Shown: piece after piece, positions 47,229 through 55,050 of the stretch
How positions within the stretch are numbered: position 1 is the first letter of the stretch
How the letters are laid out: every line of letters starts with the position of its first letter
From: an uncultured Bacilli bacterium
GTDB taxonomy: Bacteria; Bacillota_I; Bacilli_A; RF39; UBA660
Direction: 5' to 3'
Assembly (NCBI GenBank): GCA_947623825.1
Contig: CANQHQ010000003.1
Location: 4,220 to 68,219, forward strand
Length of the DNA: 64,000 nt
Notes under the pieces: model-generated
Told to the model about the DNA's origin: nothing
The model's input: the letters and a program-made list of their open reading frames with translations, nothing else
Database searches by the model: none
Made by a program: the position numbers and the translations under genes

Positions 47229-48389
47229 CTAATTTCCTTCTTTTTGTGGTTCTTCTTTGATTTCTTGATAAGCTGTAATGTTTTCCTTGACGGTAAAGAA
47301 GATTTCTATCTCTATTTTACTATCTTCTTCGGTAATTTTCAAACTTTTTTCATACAATATTGAGGCATCTTCTCCTAGACTAGATAAAAGTTTTTCTCTC
47401 GCAATCATAGAGGCTTCGACTAAAGCCAAGTCTTTGGTATAGATTTTTTCAATTTGCTCGACTTCTTCTTCCTCTTCCCAGGCGATTCGGATTGGTAGGA
47501 AAGAGTTTTTGATTTCAAATAGTGGATGACTTTCTTTTTTCTCATACGGATGACGGTCGAACCAATGCCAACTTTTTCCGAAGAAATCGATAACGAGTGT
47601 TTTCTTTTTTCTTCCTGTCTTCGTTTTTTCTTCGTAATGATACGGAAGAGACACATCGATGGTGTACCAGGTTGTGGCATACACTTTTCCTTGGGCTTCG
47701 ACTAGGGCCATTACGGTATCTTTATTTTTAATTTGTCCCGAGATTAAAATATCTCCTTTTTTGACATATTGATCTTTGGCAGCCACAATGGTTCCCTGGG
47801 CTGCTTCTATTTCGAGGATACGTCCCTCTTTTCTCGCAACAATATCACGAGGTGTTTCACTCTTTTCTTCTGAATTTCTTTTTCTTTCTTCTACTTTGGC
47901 GATGTATTTCGTTCCGATTCTTTCAATTTCTAACCACTCAATTTGATCCCGATTTCGTTCAATAATCGTTTTTACAATCCGTTCTTGGTCATCAAAAGAA
48001 CGAATCCAATGATATCGATCAATTCCCTCTTTTTTTAGTTCTTCGCGAACGAGAGAACGAATCGATTCTTTGGTATGAACCACTTCGACCGAAAAAATGA
48101 GATGAGAAAGGAAGAAAATCAAGAGAAGACTAAGGGAAAAGGCACATAAAAAAAGACGATACATGCGAATCCAGTAAAGGAATTTCCAAGGTCCTCGATA
48201 CCCAATCACACGTATGGTATCTATCGTCTTAATTTCCAGCAATTTTTGATATCCTTGAGGAGAAAGACAAAGAATGACTTTTTTCGGTTCTTCTATAATC
48301 GATTCCATCTCTATCTTATGAAGAGATAACGTTCGAAGTAAACGTTTACTGTCTTTTCCGGTGATTTCGACAACGTAGAAATTACGCAT
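47229..48389 (-). CDS. yqfD: Sporulation protein YqfD (stage IV)
   Basis: About 386 aa. An N-terminal cytoplasmic region, a single transmembrane segment (LFLCAFSLSLLLIFFLSHLIF) and a C-terminal domain. It follows yqfC as in Bacilli and Clostridia. I moved the start to the internal ATG (MRNFYVV) to avoid a 44-nt overlap with yqfC. Confidence 0.65.
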   Translation of the reverse strand: MRNFYVVEITGKDSKRLLRTLSLHKIEMESIIEEPKKVILCLSPQGYQKLLEIKTIDTIRVIGYRGPWKFLYWIRMYRLFLCAFSLSLLLIFFLSHLIFSVEVVHTKESIRSLVREELKKEGIDRYHWIRSFDDQERIVKTIIERNRDQIEWLEIERIGTKYIAKVEERKRNSEEKSETPRDIVARKEGRILEIEAAQGTIVAAKDQYVKKGDILISGQIKNKDTVMALVEAQGKVYATTWYTIDVSLPYHYEEKTKTGRKKKTLVIDFFGKSWHWFDRHPYEKKESHPLFEIKNSFLPIRIAWEEEEEVEQIEKIYTKDLALVEASMIAREKLLSSLGEDASILYEKSLKITEEDSKIEIEIFFTVKENITAYQEIKEEPQKEGN

Positions 48390-48624
48390 CGGGACTCTTC
48401 CATTCGATGGCTTGAATGGTGCCATCTAATAAAATTTCATGATCTAACAGTTTTTGAACGCGTAGATTTTGTCCCGTGATTAGAATGGTACCATCCACTT
48501 TTTCTAACGATATTTTTTCTTTTTCCATCCACTCAATTTTTGTATAGTTGATGATATTTAATTTTCCCTTTACGTAGTGCATCTCAAAGTTTTGATTGAA
48601 AATAGAATCCCTAAGAAAAGACAT
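48382..48624 (-). CDS. yqfC: Sporulation protein YqfC
   Basis: 80 aa. Its size and its YqfC-like sequence (IEWMEKEKISLEKVDGTILITGQNLRVQKL), directly upstream of yqfD, support the call. Confidence 0.65.
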   Translation of the reverse strand: MSFLRDSIFNQNFEMHYVKGKLNIINYTKIEWMEKEKISLEKVDGTILITGQNLRVQKLLDHEILLDGTIQAIEWKSPDA

Positions 48625-48662
48625 AGAATCACCTACTCTAATCTATGAAAAAAAAGGCACTA

Positions 48663-49052
48663 TCATGCGCCTTTTCCCTTGCTTTTCGTTTTTTCTTTCG
48701 GAAGATTCTCTTCGCTCTCTTCTTCTTCCATTGGAAATTGTTCTTTTTTCTTCTGTTCGAGTTTTTCAATCAGTGTCGATAATTCTCCTTCATCGAGCGA
48801 CTCGATATACTCTTGGGTAAATCCTAACCGATTCATCGCTCCTTCAAATTCACTAGAACCTACTTCCAACATCGTGATTCCTGTTCCTAACAAAGAGGCT
48901 CCTACCATGTCTTTTGGATAGTCCTTTTGTAAAAGAAACGTTCCTGTCAAAGAGGTCGTTCCTGCTCCTAAGGTCATCGTAACAGGAGAAATACCTAGTT
49001 TTAAAAGTCCCTCTCCTAAACTACCTAAAATTATCTTTATTCCATTTGTCAT
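48663..49052 (-). CDS. Hypothetical glycine-rich protein with an acidic C-terminus
   Basis: 129 aa. Glycine-zipper-like stretches (LGAGTTSLTGTFL, GASLLGTGITML) are followed by an EEEESEE tail. ATGA-coupled to the upstream gene. Confidence 0.4.
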   Translation of the reverse strand: MTNGIKIILGSLGEGLLKLGISPVTMTLGAGTTSLTGTFLLQKDYPKDMVGASLLGTGITMLEVGSSEFEGAMNRLGFTQEYIESLDEGELSTLIEKLEQKKKEQFPMEEEESEENLPKEKTKSKGKGA

Positions 49053-49987
49053 TTTCTTTCACCTATTTTCTTTTGTATTGGTTTTGCTTCCTCGGCTTGT
49101 TGTTCTTTTAATGATTGGAGAAAGCATAATTGTTCTTTGGCATATTCCAGTAGTTGTGTCACTTCTTCTTTGGTCGTCATCTTGTCAAGCACTTCTTCGA
49201 TAGTTGGAATTTCTTCTTTTTCTTGGACAAGAGTCGCAATGGGCGTATATACCTCGGATAGTTTTTGAAGATTTTCTTTTGTCTTATGAATTTCTTCTTT
49301 CTCCAAACGCTGTTTTAGCTTCTTGTTTTCTAATCGACAAAGATGATAGTTTTGGAGATTGACACATTCGAAATCAACCAACAAAGAAACCGAACTAATC
49401 GCAAGACATAATCCACCGATCCAAGTAGGTCCCATAAGGACGATACTCATTCCTGAACCTCCTAGAAATAAGAGATCTCTTCTCATCCCTTGTAGATGAA
49501 TTTGTTTATTTTTTCGGAGATACATTTCTAATTCTGTCGGATGATTACGGTCGTAATGATAGTTTCGATTTTGACGATAATTCCGTTCTTTTCGAAAACG
49601 CAATTTTTCTAATTGTATTTCTCTTTTGATTTCTTCTTCATTTGGAAACGAGATTGTTTCTTTCTTCTCTAGATTATGACGAAACTGTTCGATTCTTTCG
49701 GGTTTTTCTTGAGAAAATACTTTATCCAAGAAAAAAATTTGAGTTCTAATCCCCTTGAGACGAATTTTCTGATAGATTTGATACCCTTTTGCGTTTTTTC
49801 TCCAAGCGATTTGGCGATATCTTTTTTTTAATATTTGATTACAGCGGTTTTCATACCATGTTTCTATGTTTGGAAAAAAGGTATCCATGATTTGATATTT
49901 CTTTTTCTCCGCCCAAAAGACAATTTTTTGAAATTGGGTTGCCCCAAGGCAACGATACATGGCTTCTTTCCTCTCTTGTGTTTGCAT
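49049..49987 (-). CDS. Hypothetical protein with a basic N-terminal half and a central hydrophobic segment
   Basis: 312 aa. The N-terminal 190 aa are R/K-rich. One or two transmembrane segments (LLFLGGSGMSIVLMGPTWIGGLCLAISSVSLLV). C-terminal coiled-coil-like region. No domain recognised. Confidence 0.4.
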   Translation of the reverse strand: MQTQERKEAMYRCLGATQFQKIVFWAEKKKYQIMDTFFPNIETWYENRCNQILKKRYRQIAWRKNAKGYQIYQKIRLKGIRTQIFFLDKVFSQEKPERIEQFRHNLEKKETISFPNEEEIKREIQLEKLRFRKERNYRQNRNYHYDRNHPTELEMYLRKNKQIHLQGMRRDLLFLGGSGMSIVLMGPTWIGGLCLAISSVSLLVDFECVNLQNYHLCRLENKKLKQRLEKEEIHKTKENLQKLSEVYTPIATLVQEKEEIPTIEEVLDKMTTKEEVTQLLEYAKEQLCFLQSLKEQQAEEAKPIQKKIGERK

Positions 49988-50068
49988 AAAATGTCATTCC
50001 TTTGTGGTTCGTTTTTCTACTTTTGGACATGGAAAAAGAACTTCATCGTTCTTTTTTTGTTCTGTTTT

Positions 50069-50506
50069 TTATCCAAGACGACCTTTTACCATTTTCGAAA
50101 CGGCACCCATATCGGCTTTTCCTTTGAACATAGGAGTTAAGATTCCCATAATTTTTCCCATCTCTTTCAAAGAAGTTGGGTTCTCTTTCGCAAAGACCTC
50201 GTCGATGGTCTTTTCAATTTCTTCTTGAGATAAAGGCTCTGGTAAATATTTTTCTAATATGTCGATTTCAAACTGAGTCTTATCTATTAAATCTTGACGA
50301 TTTCCCTTTTCGAATTCAGAAATCGATTCTTTCCGAGACTTAATTCCTCGACTCACTACTTCGATTAGTAATTCTTCATTCATTTCTTTTTTTTGATCGA
50401 TATGGGCTTGCTTCATTCCTGATTTGATTTCTCGGATAACGGCTAACCGTTCCTTTTCTTGGGCTTTTAATGCTTCCACCATATCTTTGTCTAATTGATC
50501 TATCAT
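50069..50506 (-). CDS. yqeY: GatB/YqeY domain protein
   Basis: 145 aa. C-terminal motif NPTSLKEMGKIMGILTPMFKGKADMGAVSKMVK. Immediately downstream of rpsU as in Bacillus. Confidence 0.8.
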   Translation of the reverse strand: MIDQLDKDMVEALKAQEKERLAVIREIKSGMKQAHIDQKKEMNEELLIEVVSRGIKSRKESISEFEKGNRQDLIDKTQFEIDILEKYLPEPLSQEEIEKTIDEVFAKENPTSLKEMGKIMGILTPMFKGKADMGAVSKMVKGRLG

Positions 50507-50541
50507 CTTTCTTCCTCCTCTAATAGAAAAAGACTAACAAC

Positions 50542-50742
50542 TTAGTCTTTCATATTTCTAGCTTTATTTCTTCTACGCGTATTTTTGATGCCCTCTTTTT
50601 TCGCATTTCTTCTTCTTACGCCCGGTTTATCATAACCCTCACGTTTTTTACATTCAGAAGGGACTCCGTCTCTAGCAACTTTTTGTTTAAACTTCTTCAA
50701 TGCAAATTCTAGATTTCCATTTTTTACTGCCACCTGTGTCAT
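50542..50742 (-). CDS. rpsU: 30S ribosomal protein S21
   Basis: 66 aa. The pattern AVKNGNLEFALKKFKQKVARDGVPSECKKREGYDKPGVRRR matches the S21 family and the protein is highly basic. Confidence 0.85.
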   Translation of the reverse strand: MTQVAVKNGNLEFALKKFKQKVARDGVPSECKKREGYDKPGVRRRNAKKEGIKNTRRRNKARNMKD

Positions 50743-50832
50743 TTTTTCCCCTCCTTCCGCGTTTTCTATGAATGATTATAACGCACTATTCCTTATATTT
50801 CAACAATTTTTTTCATCTTTTTGTGATTTTTT

Positions 50833-51210
50833 TTACATTTTTTGTGTAGAAGTCAAGGGGATTTCTGGATCTTCATACAAATGGTGAGAGGAAACGGTTC
50901 CACTTTCAATTCTTTGAATGAGTTGAAGGTTCCAACCGTGAATGGTTTCAAGGAGTGTTCTTTCTTGTGGATAGTTCTTTGCGATGGTCATTTCTACTCC
51001 TCGAAGAATTTCATTGGTATCCAATAACAGTTCTTTATTGGTGATGATTTCCCTAATAAAATCGATTGTTTCTTCGTCTTGGTAGAATTTATCCAACGTT
51101 TCTCGTTCCTCTGAATCCAGAATTTCTCGCTCTTCTCCTCCTTGCCTTAAGGCGGTTTCTAAATCTCTTTTGATTACAAGTACGCGCAAATCATGATTGG
51201 TTGTAGCCAT
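50833..51210 (-). CDS. Hypothetical acidic cytoplasmic protein. Possibly an accessory or immunity component of the adjacent peptide locus.
   Basis: 125 aa, predicted helical, with no transmembrane segment. It has its own promoter, TTGACT, 17 nt, then TATAAT. The -35 is embedded in a 25-bp direct repeat. Shine-Dalgarno GGAAGGTGGAAGG. Confidence 0.5.
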   Translation of the reverse strand: MATTNHDLRVLVIKRDLETALRQGGEEREILDSEERETLDKFYQDEETIDFIREIITNKELLLDTNEILRGVEMTIAKNYPQERTLLETIHGWNLQLIQRIESGTVSSHHLYEDPEIPLTSTQKM

Positions 51211-51253
51211 ATCCTTCCACCTTCCTGTACTTTCATTATATAATTGTGACTTC

Positions 51254-51305
51254 CATAAGTCAAATTGAAAATTCTTTTCTCATAAGTCAAATTGAAAGTT
51301 CTTTC
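51254..51305. promoter_or_regulatory. Two 25-bp direct repeats (period 27 bp). The proximal copy overlaps the -35 of the 50833..51210 gene.
   Basis: cataagtcaaattgaaaattctttt (51254..51278) and cataagtcaaattgaaagttctttc (51281..51305), 24/25 identical. On the minus strand the TTGACT -35 lies within the proximal copy. Confidence 0.5.
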
Positions 51306-51485
51306 TACAACAAAAAAGAAACCGAAGTTTCTTTTAGGAAATCCATTGGGCTAAGTTGCGACAAAAAATACCGACCCCTCTTCCCAATTGGAATAAGAAA
51401 AGGAACAAATACGTTCCAAGGTAACATCCAAACGTTCCTTCTATTATCAAGAGTAGTCCTTTTCTTATTGTTTCTTTTTTTGTTT

Positions 51486-51650
51486 TTATAGTGGGCATAG
51501 TTGATCACTTGCCACTCTACGTATCGCAGAACCGAAGTTTCGTCCGAGTGAACTGATGGTTTTTAGAATGGTTGAAACGGCATTGATTAATGTTCCTGAA
51601 ATCGTTCCTCCCGTGATTTCCATCAATTCTTGATTTTCTAGTTTTTTCAT
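51486..51650 (-). CDS. Double-glycine-leader peptide B (54-aa precursor, 39-aa cationic amphipathic mature peptide). Bacteriocin-like. Not in the ORF track.
   Basis: Hand translation: MKKLENQELMEITGG|TISGTLINAVSTILKTISSLGRNFGSAIRRVASDQLCPL. Perfect Shine-Dalgarno TAGGAGGGTAGA then ATG. The leader fits ELxxIxGG. A terminator hairpin (GGAAC gtattt GTTCC then TTTTCTT) lies about 70 nt downstream. Confidence 0.7.
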   Translation of the reverse strand: MKKLENQELMEITGGTISGTLINAVSTILKTISSLGRNFGSAIRRVASDQLCPL

Positions 51651-51659
51651 TCTACCCTC

Positions 51660-51803
51660 CTATTCCTGACAACCTAGAGGACGTGCAATCCCATCAAAGA
51701 CGCCGACAAGAAAGGCCCCTAAGGCAATGAGTCCAGCAATTCCTAAGGCACTAAGTCCTCCTCCTTCGACCTGTTTTAATTCTTGTTCTTCCATTTTTTT
51801 CAT
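51660..51803 (-). CDS. Double-glycine-leader peptide A (47-aa precursor, 32-aa hydrophobic mature peptide). Bacteriocin-like. Not in the ORF track.
   Basis: Hand translation: MKKMEEQELKQVEGG|GLSALGIAGLIALGAFLVGVFDGIARPLGCQE. Its ATG overlaps the TGA of the upstream gene (ATGA coupling). It contains GxxxG and AxxxA motifs, as in class IIb two-peptide bacteriocins. Confidence 0.7.
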   Translation of the reverse strand: MKKMEEQELKQVEGGGLSALGIAGLIALGAFLVGVFDGIARPLGCQE

Positions 51804-52219
51804 TGAATCTTCTCCTCCCAAATTGTTTTTATTTTTTGAAATATTGTATCTTTCGAAATCATAAACTTTCCAGATAAAATAGGAAAAGGAATTTCTTCTT
51901 CTAATTGAAAAGTCACCAAATAAAACAATTGATTCTCTGCTGCCATCGGTACTTCTTCTACTTTGGAAATGTGATAGGAAAATTCTTGTTCCCCTTGGCG
52001 AAATATCGTTCCCCTACTAATTTTGGTTAAGGTAAGAGAAGAAAGATAAGTCTCGTATTCGGTTCCTTGTTTTTGAATCAATTTTCCAGGATAACTATCT
52101 TCCATTTTTAGGTTCAAAACACCTAGAAAGAAAAGAAGACTGCATCCTAGAAGAACGATATACCTTCTAGATGAAAAAGTCGGTTCTAGATTGTCGTCAT
52201 ACTCCCATCGTCTCTTCAA
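51800..52219 (-). CDS. Small membrane-anchored protein co-operonic with the C39 ABC transporter (accessory or immunity candidate)
   Basis: 139 aa. A single N-terminal transmembrane segment (YIVLLGCSLLFFLGVLNL) and a soluble domain of about 100 aa. It overlaps the ABC transporter gene by 23 nt and peptide A by ATGA. Confidence 0.5.
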   Translation of the reverse strand: MKRRWEYDDNLEPTFSSRRYIVLLGCSLLFFLGVLNLKMEDSYPGKLIQKQGTEYETYLSSLTLTKISRGTIFRQGEQEFSYHISKVEEVPMAAENQLFYLVTFQLEEEIPFPILSGKFMISKDTIFQKIKTIWEEKIQ

Positions 52220-54284
52220 AAATCATCCCTTCCTTTACTTTCATTTTTCTTGTAAATAGATCTTGGTTGCTTTCGCGGTGAGAAATGACAATAAATGTCT
52301 TATCCGGAAACATCGTAAATATGTTTTCTAAAATCAATCGTTCCTTGTAGACATCTAATTCACTAAAACTCTCATCAAAGATGTAAATCGACGCTTGTTT
52401 CCATAAGGCTCTCGCAATTAAAATACGATCTCGTTCTCCTCCACTTAAATTTTGACCATTTTCTTCTAGTGGAAATTGATACCCTTCTTTTTTCGTCGTA
52501 ACGATCTCATCTACATAACACAGTTTTCCTAGATCGAGTGCCCGTTCCATATTTTCTTCTCCCCATGTCATATTTTCCATGACACTGTCACTGAAGAGAT
52601 AACTGTTTTGTGCTAGATAAAGGATGTTTTGACGAATAAAAGTTAAGGGATACTCTTTTTGATTTTTTCCATTCCATCGCACTTGTCCTTCCTCTGGTTC
52701 TAGAATTCTCGCTAGAATACGAGAAAGGGTACTCTTTCCTCCTCCACTCTTCCCAGTTAATAAAATTCGATCATGCTTGTAAATGGTAAGAGAAAGATTT
52801 TTTAGAACTGGGGTTTTGCCATCATAACTATAACTAACATTTTCTAAGGCGAGTGTTTGTAAAGGAGAAAATTGTTTCTTTTTATATGGAAGAAATTTTT
52901 CTTTCGGTAGTTGTAATACTTCTCTAATATTTTCCCATATCTGTTGGGCTTCTTCTTTTTCTAGTAATAAAGAAAAGAATGGTTGGACTAGTTGAAGAAT
53001 GTAGCCCGCAATGGCGTGAATAAATAAAATATTTCCTAGAGGAATTTCTTGATTCACTACCTCATAGATTCCACGAACCAATAGAAGAAATAATCCGATA
53101 TCATGTACCGCCTTTTCCCAAAGAATTTGAAAATTCCAATTTCGTAAGAGATGACTCTCTAACGTTTGATATTCCTTCTCTTCTCTTTCGAATTGTCTTT
53201 GAAACTTTCTTTGTACTTGGAAGGCTTGAATGGTTTCTATCCCTAAAAAGCTTTCCGTCAATAAAGAATTTACTTTCTCCTGTTGCCTTTTTCCTTTGGC
53301 TAAAATCGACTGAAAAGAACGTTTCCCTAACCAATGCATTCCTCCTTCTAGACAAAAGATACCAAATAGAAAGAAAACAATCTTTATCTCTTGACTACCT
53401 AAAAAGAGAAGTAGAAAACAAACGATTGGCAAATGAATCAAAAATAAAAGAAGACTCTTCGAGAATAAGTTCGCTATTTTTTCGACTTCTAACATTTTGG
53501 TTAGAAGTTCTCCTGGTTTATGATTTCGATAATATAAATAAGGAAGTGATGTTAGATGCGTAAAGACCAAACGGTTCAATTCTCTATTCAAAGATTGATC
53601 TAAGTGTGTCGTTAAATGAAATTGAAATCCGGATAAGAAATATTTCCATACGTACGTAAACAGGAAGACTCCTAGAAAAAGGAACAAATTGGTTTTCGAG
53701 GAAATTTCTATGACATATTCTAATAAACATTTCCATGAAAAAGAAAGGATTAATTCCAAAAGGACTAAGACGATGGAAATACCAAGTAGAAAAAGCCATT
53801 CTTTCTTATGTTTGGTCAAAAAAGAAAGTAACATATCGTAAAAAAGGGGTTCTTCTTTGTTTTTCTCTAATTTCTTTTTTGGCACCAAAAGAAGGAAAAC
53901 TTGACTACTGATTTTTTCAAATTCTTCTCTCGTTATCTGCATGAGGGAACTAGAAGGATCCGCAATTAAGAGTCGTTTTTCATTCATTTTATAGATGACG
54001 ACGTAATGGTGATACTTTTCTTCTACTACTACATGCGCAATACAAGGAAGATCTTCCTCTTTCAATTCTTCTAGTGGACCTTTTACTCCATAGGCCGAAA
54101 ACTGTAATTTTTTCGCTGTTTGGATTAAGTCGTAGGCACTGGTTCCTTGGTCGGTTGTATGTGTCATATGACGCAAAGTTTCTTTCGAAATATTTCCCCG
54201 ATAATAGCGAAGAATCATCAGTAAACAACAGACACCACAATCTTTGCTGGACTCTTGTTTCACGAATGGTAATCGCACAAACAT
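52197..54284 (-). CDS. Bacteriocin-type ABC transporter with an N-terminal C39 peptidase domain (ComA/LagD/SunT family)
   Basis: The C39 catalytic region is QESSKDCGVCCLLMILRYYRG ... HYVVIY. A 6-transmembrane domain follows. Walker A LLTGKSGGGKSTL, signature LSGGERDRILIARAL, Walker B IYIFDE. The start is GTG/ATG at 54287/54284. Confidence 0.85.
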   Translation of the reverse strand: MFVRLPFVKQESSKDCGVCCLLMILRYYRGNISKETLRHMTHTTDQGTSAYDLIQTAKKLQFSAYGVKGPLEELKEEDLPCIAHVVVEEKYHHYVVIYKMNEKRLLIADPSSSLMQITREEFEKISSQVFLLLVPKKKLEKNKEEPLFYDMLLSFLTKHKKEWLFLLGISIVLVLLELILSFSWKCLLEYVIEISSKTNLFLFLGVFLFTYVWKYFLSGFQFHLTTHLDQSLNRELNRLVFTHLTSLPYLYYRNHKPGELLTKMLEVEKIANLFSKSLLLFLIHLPIVCFLLLFLGSQEIKIVFFLFGIFCLEGGMHWLGKRSFQSILAKGKRQQEKVNSLLTESFLGIETIQAFQVQRKFQRQFEREEKEYQTLESHLLRNWNFQILWEKAVHDIGLFLLLVRGIYEVVNQEIPLGNILFIHAIAGYILQLVQPFFSLLLEKEEAQQIWENIREVLQLPKEKFLPYKKKQFSPLQTLALENVSYSYDGKTPVLKNLSLTIYKHDRILLTGKSGGGKSTLSRILARILEPEEGQVRWNGKNQKEYPLTFIRQNILYLAQNSYLFSDSVMENMTWGEENMERALDLGKLCYVDEIVTTKKEGYQFPLEENGQNLSGGERDRILIARALWKQASIYIFDESFSELDVYKERLILENIFTMFPDKTFIVISHRESNQDLFTRKMKVKEGMIFEETMGV

Positions 54285-54344
54285 CACTTCCTACTTACAT
54301 TATTTACAAAAGTCCCCATTGAGGTAAAAAAAAGAAGATTTTTT

Positions 54345-54665
54345 TTAATCTTCTTTTCCTAAACTTTGAAGTTGTTTTTCTAAACATTGAATTTTTTCAT
54401 CAATTTTTTGTTGGTCTTCCTCTTCTAAAGAGTACCATCCAAGACGAAAGGATACATCATAACATTCTCTCGCAGCATCTTTGGTATCTTCTAATAAAGT
54501 AAAAATATCTTCATATAAGTAAGAGTTACTAGCTTCGTCTAAGGCAATCGCATAATTATTGGACATGTTCTTTTCGAGGGAGAGAATGACTCCTAACCTG
54601 TCTTTGTCATTCATTTCCATTCCTTCAGGAACTTCTGTTTTCGGATTCTCAATCTTCTTGTTCAT
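54345..54665 (-). CDS. Spore coat protein F-like (Coat_F domain) protein
   Basis: 106 aa. NDKDRLGVILSLEKNMSNNYAIALDEASNSYLYEDIF ... GWY matches the CotF-family pattern. A terminator hairpin (AAGAAGATT ... ATCTTCTT then T8) lies downstream. Confidence 0.55.
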   Translation of the reverse strand: MNKKIENPKTEVPEGMEMNDKDRLGVILSLEKNMSNNYAIALDEASNSYLYEDIFTLLEDTKDAARECYDVSFRLGWYSLEEEDQQKIDEKIQCLEKQLQSLGKED

Positions 54666-54957
54666 CTTCGTCCTCGTCCTCCTCTTCTTCTTCGTCTTCT
54701 TCTATTTCTTCTTCGTCATCTTCGTCTATTTCTTCTTCCTCATCGGATTCTTCGTCTTCTTTGTTTAAAATCGCAAGAATCCATTCCATATGTTGGTAAT
54801 GCATTTCTTTTAAAGTTTCCATTACTTCTTTCACTTCTTCATTTTGTACTTCTTTTTCGAAATGATGAATTTCTTTCCATGCTTCAAAATTCCAATGAAA
54901 CATGTCTTCTAAATAAAGTAAATCTTTGGTTGTAATGATTTTAGGTACTGTTTCCAT
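54649..54957 (-). CDS. Hypothetical protein with a poly-acidic (E/D) C-terminal tail, paired with the CotF-like gene
   Basis: 102 aa. The last 40 aa are almost entirely E/D, encoded by a GAA/GAG/GAT-rich stretch at 54660..54760. It overlaps the CotF-like gene by 17 nt. Confidence 0.45.
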   Translation of the reverse strand: METVPKIITTKDLLYLEDMFHWNFEAWKEIHHFEKEVQNEEVKEVMETLKEMHYQHMEWILAILNKEDEESDEEEEIDEDDEEEIEEDEEEEEDEDEDEQED

Positions 54958-55050
54958 ATTTTTTCCTCCTCAGTTTTATTTTGACCAAAGAGCGAGACTT
55001 TCATACAAAAATATGCTTCTTTTTTCATAAAAAAAGAGCTCTTGCGAACT

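Noticed and set aside
54660-54760. GAA/GAG/GAT-rich simple-sequence stretch
   Set aside because: It is in frame within a CDS and encodes a poly-acidic tail, so it is a coding low-complexity segment rather than a non-coding microsatellite.
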